Shown piece by piece: positions 57,690 through 64,000 of a stretch of 64,000 bases of DNA (position 1 is the stretch's first letter; the number at the start of each line of letters is the position of its first letter). Position numbers and translations under genes: made by a program. The notes beneath the pieces were generated by a model, which had not been told where the DNA came from, did not search any database, and worked only from the letters and a program-made list of their open reading frames with translations. The DNA is from Clostridiales bacterium (GTDB taxonomy: Bacteria > Bacillota > Clostridia > Peptostreptococcales > Anaerovoracaceae). The DNA lies in assembly GCA_015058145.1 (NCBI GenBank), contig SVCX01000001.1:76297-140296 (forward strand), given 5' to 3'.

Positions 57690-57691
57690 GT

Positions 57692-58120
57692 CTAAACTCC
57701 GGTGGAACCAAATCCACCCTTTCCTCTGGCCGTTTCAGACAGTTCTTCAACTGGTTCAATTTCCGCATGCACAACAGGCGCAATCACCATCTGGGCAATC
57801 CTGTCTCCATTATTCACTGTAAACGCTTCCTCGCCCATATTGACGAGAGCGACCTTGACTTCTCCTCTGTAATCACTGTCGATCGTTCCAACGCCGTTGA
57901 CGAGACCGATGCCGTGTCGCACAGCCAGACCGCTTCTGGCTCTGATCTGCACTTCATAACCAGTTTCGAACTCCATAAAGAGCCCCGTCGGGATGAGCGC
58001 CCTTCTGCCTGGTTCTATGACAACCGGCTCCTTGAGAAACGCACGGATATCCATGCCGGCGGAGCCTTCTGTTTCATAGGCCGGATATATACCTGACAGA
58101 CTATTGATTCTTACTTTCAT
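57692..58120 (-). CDS. dut: dUTPase (trimeric)
   Basis: SAGMD, RSGLA, GTIDSDYRGE, GDRIAQ, RGKGGFGSTG. Confidence 0.97.
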   Translation of the reverse strand: MKVRINSLSGIYPAYETEGSAGMDIRAFLKEPVVIEPGRRALIPTGLFMEFETGYEVQIRARSGLAVRHGIGLVNGVGTIDSDYRGEVKVALVNMGEEAFTVNNGDRIAQMVIAPVVHAEIEPVEELSETARGKGGFGSTGV

Positions 58121-59363
58121 CAATGATCTCCTCCAGATTGAGTTCTTTGCCTGTAACTGCGGCGCCGCAATAAAGATCGAGACTTCCGACTTTCTCCGCC
58201 GCGCGAAGGATGTCCTGTCTGGTCACCGCATTAAATTTCTCCAGAGATTCATCCACAGAGAACAGACTGTTCATGAGCAGTTTATTCCTGCCGAGAGAGA
58301 ACATCAGAGCAGCTGTGTTCTCAAGTGAGAAAATATATGACGTCTTCGCCTGTTCCTTGGCGATGGACAACTCTTCTTCTGTTACGCCGTGTTCGGCGAG
58401 TTTCGCAAGTTCATATCTGATTTCTTTGATTGTCTTCGCTGTGTTCTCATGGGCAACGCCTGCGTAGATGTTGAAGAAACCGTTGAAGCTGCTGAAGGAA
58501 TTCATGGAGCACACATTGTACGCCAGCCCCTTCTGTTCACGGATATTCTGGAAGAGCCTTGAACTCATGGATCCTCCTAGAATGCTGTTCATGAGTACGA
58601 AAGCGTAGTACAGGTCATCCATGTAGGAAACGCCCGGCGCAGCCAGACAGATGTGTGTCTGTTCAATGTCCTTGACCTTCACGTCAAAGGATCTGCTGTA
58701 TGGTCCGACTGTCCTCCTGTAATCAGGAAGATGTTCATTCAGCGCGCTTAGTTTCTCTTCAAATAACGCAACAATTTTCTTTTCATCAAAATTGCCGGCA
58801 ACGGCAATCACAATGCCGTCCCTGGCGTAGCGTCTTCTGTAGTACTCGACCATCTTCTCGTGATCGATGCCCGCGAGACTTTCCGGAGTCCCGAGAATGG
58901 ACCTCGCGAGAGGGTTTCCCTTGTTCACCAGTTCTGAAATAATGTCATAAATCTCATCGTCAGGAGTGTCTTTGACCATCTTGATCTCTTCGAGTATTAC
59001 CTGGCGCTCCTTATCAATTTCCTCCTGATCGAACTTTGATTCCAAAACCATGTCCAGCAGAATCTCAGCGCCTTTATATATGTTGGAGGTCAGCGTCTTG
59101 ACATAGTAACAGGTGGACTCTTTGCCCGTCATAGCGTTGAATGTCGCACCGATTTTATCCATATCTTCGGCAATCATCCGAGCCGTTCGTTTCTCTGTTC
59201 CCTTGAACATCATATGCTCTATGAAATGAGAAACACCATGGGTCATATCGTCTTCATAGACGGAACCTGACGCCACCCATACACCCAGAGCGGCGGATCT
59301 AACCATGGTGTTTTTTTCTATAATTATGCTGACTCCGCAGTCAAGTCTAATTTCTTCAGCCAT
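58101..59363 (-). CDS. M16 family (pitrilysin-like) peptidase
   Basis: SHFIEHMMFKGT inverted zinc motif, GGSMSSRLFQNIRE.GLAY. Confidence 0.93.
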   Translation of the reverse strand: MAEEIRLDCGVSIIIEKNTMVRSAALGVWVASGSVYEDDMTHGVSHFIEHMMFKGTEKRTARMIAEDMDKIGATFNAMTGKESTCYYVKTLTSNIYKGAEILLDMVLESKFDQEEIDKERQVILEEIKMVKDTPDDEIYDIISELVNKGNPLARSILGTPESLAGIDHEKMVEYYRRRYARDGIVIAVAGNFDEKKIVALFEEKLSALNEHLPDYRRTVGPYSRSFDVKVKDIEQTHICLAAPGVSYMDDLYYAFVLMNSILGGSMSSRLFQNIREQKGLAYNVCSMNSFSSFNGFFNIYAGVAHENTAKTIKEIRYELAKLAEHGVTEEELSIAKEQAKTSYIFSLENTAALMFSLGRNKLLMNSLFSVDESLEKFNAVTRQDILRAAEKVGSLDLYCGAAVTGKELNLEEIIDESKNQ

Positions 59364-59644
59364 TATTCCTTTCCTTTATCTTTCGCCAGTTCCATGAGAA
59401 GCCCCATTTTTGACATCACATGATCGTAGGCTCCTTTGCTGTGCGGTACCATACAGTTGCTGCAGTCCTTGATGCCGTTCTCCGTATAACTGAAATTACC
59501 TCCGCACTCCTTCCCCAGAGCGTAAAGAGGACAGTAGCAGAAGAGGCAGTTGAACGACTCCTCATTTCCCGTATTATGACATGGGAAAAATTCGCATTCT
59601 GTATGGGAAAAAAATTTGTAGTTTTCGATCTTCTTGTCAGTCAT
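59363..59644 (-). CDS. Cysteine-rich small domain (zf-like) protein
   Basis: CEFFPCH, FNCLFCYCPLY, CGGNF, KDCSNC..PH. Confidence 0.85.
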   Translation of the reverse strand: MTDKKIENYKFFSHTECEFFPCHNTGNEESFNCLFCYCPLYALGKECGGNFSYTENGIKDCSNCMVPHSKGAYDHVMSKMGLLMELAKDKGKE

Positions 59645-59653
59645 TATATCCGA

Positions 59654-60646
59654 TTATTCCTCGCTGTCTTCCGGTTTTACTTCTTCCTGTATCGTTTCTG
59701 CAGTTGTCTCGGTTTCTTCTGGTGCTTCGGTTTCCGCAGGTGTCTCAGGCTCTTCTGCCGGCGTTTCGTTGGATGCTTCTTTCGCGAGAATCTCTCCGTA
59801 CTGCTGCTGAGCTTCCTCAACCGTAACCGGGACCGGCATAGTCTCCTTAATCAGGTGTCCGGAAAGGATTTCATAGAATCCGGCGAGCGTAGAATAAACA
59901 TAAGCCATCAGCGGCGCTGTGAAGAGAACGCCTATGATTGAAAACAGCGCGATAACAAATGAATTGTTCGATACTGTGCTTCCGATAGACTGTATGATCC
60001 CTGCAGGCAGAGACGACAGAATCGCCCAACCGATGAATGAGAGACTCAGAAGGAAGAACTTTCCTTTATTACCTTTCATCATGGCTTTTGATTCGTCCAT
60101 GCACTGACGGATCCCCTTGTCAGGATCGTCTGCCAGGATGAAGAAGGCCTGGCTGTACCGGATGGACGCGATGATTCCTGGAACGATAAAGAGCAGTGTC
60201 CACAGGAAGATGAACAGCGTCTGGTACAGGAACAGTCCAAGAGCCTTGCCGAACTTCTCAAAACCAAGGAAAATGTCTGCCAATTGCACATTGTGCTTTC
60301 TGAAGGTGGCCAGGAAATAAAGTGTGACACCCAGCTGCATCGCACCTGAGACGAGCAGCACATAAATTCCGCTCAAGATACTCGTCTGCGGCATGTTGTT
60401 GTAGAAATTCACATAGAAATCTGCATCCATGCCGTAGGTATATCCATTGTTCGTCATGAGACTTCCGACATTCTGCCCGAAGAGCGCGTCAAAGACCGCT
60501 ACCGGGAGCTGCATGACCAGAAGATACACGCACATGGCGATAATCGCGTCTTTCCATTTGCCCGCAAGCGCATTTCTGCCAAGCGTTCTCAGAGTTTTAC
60601 ACGGTTCCGTTATGATAATGTTCTGTTCAACTAAAATGTCCTGCAT
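59654..60646 (-). CDS. DUF975 family membrane protein with acidic E/T/P/A-rich tail
   Basis: LAGKW, LWTLLFIVPGIIASIRYSQAFFIL, SKAMMKGNKGKFF.L.LSFIGW. Confidence 0.87.
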   Translation of the reverse strand: MQDILVEQNIIITEPCKTLRTLGRNALAGKWKDAIIAMCVYLLVMQLPVAVFDALFGQNVGSLMTNNGYTYGMDADFYVNFYNNMPQTSILSGIYVLLVSGAMQLGVTLYFLATFRKHNVQLADIFLGFEKFGKALGLFLYQTLFIFLWTLLFIVPGIIASIRYSQAFFILADDPDKGIRQCMDESKAMMKGNKGKFFLLSLSFIGWAILSSLPAGIIQSIGSTVSNNSFVIALFSIIGVLFTAPLMAYVYSTLAGFYEILSGHLIKETMPVPVTVEEAQQQYGEILAKEASNETPAEEPETPAETEAPEETETTAETIQEEVKPEDSEE

Positions 60647-60731
60647 CAATCATTCTCCCCCTTTATTCCAATAAAACGATTCCGTAGTATGTTACCACAA
60701 AAGCAGGACATGTTCAAACACTATTCTCGCG

Positions 60732-60765
60732 AAAAAAGGCGGAGGAAATAAATATTTCCTCCGCC
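60732..60765 (-). terminator. Intrinsic terminator of the 4-hydroxybutyrate operon
   Basis: ggcggaggaaata / tatttcctccgcc followed by T6 on the minus strand. Confidence 0.85.
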
Positions 60766-60796
60766 CTATGGAATGATGATTTTATTATGTTTGTTC

Positions 60797-61921
60797 TTAG
60801 TACAGATTCTGGAAAATCTCTGCGATTTCTGCTTCTGACAGTTCAACATAGTTGTTGCCGAGCAGTCTCTGCTGGTTGTCGATTGTGGACTTCGCAAATG
60901 GAGCAACCTGATCCTCCGTCATGCCATACTCTCTGAGAGGCTTCTTCTCAAGAATCTTGCCGAGGAATGCATCCAGTTCTTCGTAAACAACGTCTTCGCT
61001 GCATCCGAGAACGTCACAGAAGATCTTGTTCGCTTCCTGAATCTTGCCTACCGGCTGCTTTCTCATGTACATCTTGAATACTTCTGTGAAGCAGATGAAG
61101 TTCGCCTCGCCGTGCGGAATGTGGAATGCGCCGCCGTGTGCATAGGACAGTGCGTGTACCGCTGCGCAGCCTGCATTACCAAACGCGATGCCGGCATAAG
61201 TAGCTGCCAGGCAGAAGTCCTTGAGCAGGTCAGCTCTGTTTTCCTTCGTGTTTCCACCTCTCTCGACGATCTTCTTGTATCCGCCCATGATCAGTGCGAT
61301 TGCTTCCTTAGAAAGAATCTCTGTGAACGGAGATGCCTTTGGTGACAGGAATGATTCAACAGCGTGGATCAGAGCGTCAACGGATGAAGTCGCGAATACT
61401 TTGTCAGGCAGACCCTGCAGTGATTCAGGAATCAGAACTGCTTCGTCAGCGAACGTATCCGGTGTAGCAATACCCTTCTTCAGGTTCAGTGAAGGAATGG
61501 AAGCTACTGCTACATTCGTTACTTCTGAACCAGTTCCGCAAGTCGTCGGAACTGCGATGAGCTTCTTGATCTTCTTGCAAGGATACTTGTCAGTGTACAG
61601 ATCTGCAACCTTGTCAGGAATCTCGCATGCCAGAACCTTACAGCAGTCGACGATTGTGCCGCCGCCGAAAGCGATAATTCTGTCATACTCATACTGATCC
61701 ATCTCTGCCTTCATAGCGTCCATCATTTCGTCTGTTGGCTCACCCATGCCGTACTTCTCCTGGAAGATGACAGGCATGTCGATGCCAAGTCCTTCAACGT
61801 AAGGCTTGTACATCCACTCGTTTGTTACGAGGATGTCGCCTTTGCCGAGCTTAAACTCATCGTTAAAGTCTTTGAACGTATCGAAATAGTGAATTGTTGG
61901 GACTAATTTTAAAGCCTGCAT
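60797..61921 (-). CDS. 4hbD: 4-hydroxybutyrate dehydrogenase (Fe-ADH family)
   Basis: FQEKYG.GEPTD, GGGTIVD, PTTCGTGSEVTN, VHALSY, HGEAN, QQRLLGNNY; context with cat2 and abfD. Confidence 0.88.
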   Translation of the reverse strand: MQALKLVPTIHYFDTFKDFNDEFKLGKGDILVTNEWMYKPYVEGLGIDMPVIFQEKYGMGEPTDEMMDAMKAEMDQYEYDRIIAFGGGTIVDCCKVLACEIPDKVADLYTDKYPCKKIKKLIAVPTTCGTGSEVTNVAVASIPSLNLKKGIATPDTFADEAVLIPESLQGLPDKVFATSSVDALIHAVESFLSPKASPFTEILSKEAIALIMGGYKKIVERGGNTKENRADLLKDFCLAATYAGIAFGNAGCAAVHALSYAHGGAFHIPHGEANFICFTEVFKMYMRKQPVGKIQEANKIFCDVLGCSEDVVYEELDAFLGKILEKKPLREYGMTEDQVAPFAKSTIDNQQRLLGNNYVELSEAEIAEIFQNLY

Positions 61922-61977
61922 AATGCATAACCTCCTTATTATTGGTTAACCGTAAAATAATTCTTTAGACAAGTGAA

Positions 61978-63306
61978 TTACTCGTCATAGGAATGGTGGA
62001 AGATCTCTTTCATTGCTTCCTTAAGCTCTGGTCTGAAGTCTGGATGAGCGATATCGATAAGGGCCTTTGCTCTTTCTTTGTTGCTCTTTCCCCACAGATC
62101 CGCAATGCCATACTCAGTTACTACGAATTCAGTATCGTTTCTGGAATCTGTTACGACCTGCTTATCGGCCAGATGAGGTGTAATCTTGGAAATCTTTGTT
62201 CCATCCTTCTTGACAGCCATGGATGGCATAGCGATGATGCCCTTGCCCAATCCGTCTCTTGCCATTGCAGCACCACGGATGAAGTCAACCTGTCCGCCTA
62301 CGCCGGAGAACTGTACGTCACCGCCAAGAGTATCAGAAGCAACCTGTCCATAGAGGTCGCAGCCGAGAGCTCCGTTGATGGCGATCATCTTCGAGCAGTT
62401 CATGATGATTGTCGGGTCATTGACATAGTCAACCGGCATGATCTTAACTGCGTGGTTGTGATCGCAGAATTCATAGAGTTCCTGTGTACCCATAACGAAG
62501 TTCGCGACCATGACATCCTTATCGAAGGACTTCATCGTATTGTCAATAACGCCTTCATAGTAAAGCTGCATAGCTCCGTCACCCAGCATCTCAGAGTGGA
62601 GACCCAGATGTTTCTTGTTCTTCAGCTGTGCGCAGACAGCGTCAGGAATGGAACCGATACCCAGCTGCAGCGTAGCGCCGTCTTCGATGAGGCTTGCGCA
62701 GTACTTACCGATTTCTTCTTCGACAGGACCGATCTTGGAAGCCGGAATTGTCGGAAGATACTCATCATACTCTACAATTGCGTCAGCATACTCCATCAGC
62801 GGGAATACGACATCGCCATAGGAGAACGGAACGTGTTCGTTGACCTGTGCGATAACAGTCTTCGCTGACTTAATTGCCTGTACGGTGTAGTCACCGGATA
62901 CGCCTGTGGATACATAACCGAGTTTATCCGGCTTGGAAACCTGAATCAGGACTACGTCAACCTGTATTCTTCCCTGTCTCATGAGCTCAGGAAGTTCATG
63001 GAAGAAGAATGAGGTGTAATCGCCCCAGTCATTACAGGCTTTTCTCGTCTGTCCGGAAATGAACCACATGTTTGGATGGAAGTTTTCCTTGTACTCTTCC
63101 TTGCAGTAGTCCCCAGGACCGAGTGAGAACATGTGAGAAATCTCAACGTTCTTGTAGTTTTTCGCATTTCTGACCATGGCTCTGACCAGCTCTGCCGGTT
63201 CGCCTACGTCATGCTGGAAAACTACTTTGTCATTTGACTTGATGAGCTGTACAGCTTCATCGGAAGTCATTTTCTTTGCATCATAAAGTTCTTTCCAGTT
63301 TCTCAT
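61978..63306 (-). CDS. cat2: 4-hydroxybutyrate CoA-transferase (acetyl-CoA hydrolase/transferase family)
   Basis: IEDGATLQLGIGSIPDAV, LGLHSEM, SGVGGQVDFIRGA, VVTEYGIA, IAHPDFR. Confidence 0.85.
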   Translation of the reverse strand: MRNWKELYDAKKMTSDEAVQLIKSNDKVVFQHDVGEPAELVRAMVRNAKNYKNVEISHMFSLGPGDYCKEEYKENFHPNMWFISGQTRKACNDWGDYTSFFFHELPELMRQGRIQVDVVLIQVSKPDKLGYVSTGVSGDYTVQAIKSAKTVIAQVNEHVPFSYGDVVFPLMEYADAIVEYDEYLPTIPASKIGPVEEEIGKYCASLIEDGATLQLGIGSIPDAVCAQLKNKKHLGLHSEMLGDGAMQLYYEGVIDNTMKSFDKDVMVANFVMGTQELYEFCDHNHAVKIMPVDYVNDPTIIMNCSKMIAINGALGCDLYGQVASDTLGGDVQFSGVGGQVDFIRGAAMARDGLGKGIIAMPSMAVKKDGTKISKITPHLADKQVVTDSRNDTEFVVTEYGIADLWGKSNKERAKALIDIAHPDFRPELKEAMKEIFHHSYDE

Positions 63307-63568
63307 TAACTTTTTCCTCCAGTAATTGTTCTATTTTTGATACGTGATCCTCAGACCACATTTTTAAAACATCACCTTTGACAGTGTACTGGTCGATGAT
63401 AGGACAGCAAGCCGTACACCCTCCTATTACGAGAAGGTGGTCATATACAGGACCTTCCTCAGCATGCTCGAAATTGATTTCCGGCAAATCGGACTGAATT
63501 TTTCGGAACGCTTCCCCTCTCTGATAGTGTGGATTGCATCCGCCACAGAACTTAACTCCGCATACCAT
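63281..63568 (-). CDS. Small Cys-rich hypothetical protein (CGGCN...GCxxCC)
   Basis: GVKFCGGCNP, LLVIGGCTACC; AAGGA RBS; overlaps the cat2 start. Confidence 0.78.
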   Translation of the reverse strand: MVCGVKFCGGCNPHYQRGEAFRKIQSDLPEINFEHAEEGPVYDHLLVIGGCTACCPIIDQYTVKGDVLKMWSEDHVSKIEQLLEEKVNEKLERTL

Positions 63569-63598
63569 GTTAAATTCTTAACTTTCCTTCTTAAAACC

Positions 63599-63629
63599 TG
63601 AGGCCGCCCGGGACTGCCAAGCGGCCTCA
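63599..63629 (-). other. Intercistronic GC-rich stem-loop after abfD
   Basis: tgaggccgc / gcggcctca with only a weak U tract; mRNA stabiliser or partial terminator. Confidence 0.5.
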
Positions 63630-63667
63630 TCTCAAACACTGTCTATTATGATTTTGCAGGAATCAGA

Positions 63668-64000
63668 TTATTCCTTGATGCCTGCGATTGCCTTAGCCAG
63701 AGCCTTCTTTCCTTCGATGTTGCCCTGTCTCTGGATCATGATTCTCTGAGCCTGCGGTGAACCTGCACCGTGCATGGACTCAGTTCTGTAACCTACTGCT
63801 GCAGCGCCGAGGCACAGGTTCTCAATCAGTCTGAGAACTCTCATACGCTGTTCTGTTGTGCAGGAAGGTGCAGCTGCATAGAATCTGTTGCAAACTTCGC
63901 CGATTGTCTCGCCGTTTCTTCCAACTGCCAGATCGGAATCGAAGTCCTTCTGTGACGGCATCGTTACCATCAGTCCGCCTGCGATATCTTCTGCCAGTCT
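63668..64000 (-). CDS. abfD: 4-hydroxybutyryl-CoA dehydratase, C-terminal part (5' end outside the window)
   Basis: DIAGGLMVTMPS, RMRVLRLIEN, VGYRTESMHGAGSPQAQRIMI. Confidence 0.93.
   Translation of the reverse strand, partial: RLAEDIAGGLMVTMPSQKDFDSDLAVGRNGETIGEVCNRFYAAAPSCTTEQRMRVLRLIENLCLGAAAVGYRTESMHGAGSPQAQRIMIQRQGNIEGKKALAKAIAGIKE

Noticed and set aside
59654-59790. Repetitive GAAAC/GAAG-rich DNA at the end of DUF975
   Set aside because: Explained by a low-complexity E/T/P/A protein tail; not a CRISPR or DNA repeat array.
1-64000. CRISPR arrays, rRNA, IS elements, selenocysteine read-through, pseudogenes
   Set aside because: No regularly spaced repeats, transposase motifs, rRNA signatures, or genes broken by in-frame TGA or frameshifts were seen by eye.

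Overview
Chromosomal segment of an anaerobic Firmicute (Clostridia; an Anaerovoracaceae/Family XIII-like organism is inferred from gene content, not verified). The window appears to span the replication terminus: all 12 CDS up to 15154 are on +, 45 of the 50 CDS after 15402 are on -, and a 28-bp dif-like site (15351-15378) lies at the convergence point, about 4 kb from a lone Xer-type recombinase gene. Housekeeping content includes ispA-dxs-tlyA, mutS-mutL-miaA, a yneA-like gene with LexA boxes, alaS-ireB-ruvX, the glycine cleavage system, nifS-nifU, nadE, murI, pepF, nadK, mscL, tRNA-Leu, rnpB, dnaG-rpoD-trmK, and the 4-hydroxybutyrate genes abfD-cat2-4hbD. The most interesting part is a ~14-kb accessory block beside dif (15.4-29.1 kb). 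It holds a sigma54 regulon (three -24/-12 promoters, one PAS-AAA+ activator, a shared TGTTGC-N6-GCAACA box) encoding an unassigned catabolic pathway: Fe-ADH, DUF362/Fe-S protein, MFS transporter, thiolase, beta-keto-acid cleavage enzyme, nitroreductase, cyclase and a 3-hydroxyacid dehydrogenase. Next to it are two divergent LarC N-domain paralogs. The DUF362 protein carries a LarA-like H-x4-FSG-x2-K...H motif, which suggests a possibly undescribed nickel-pincer-dependent redox/catabolic system. All calls come from motif recognition without database searches.
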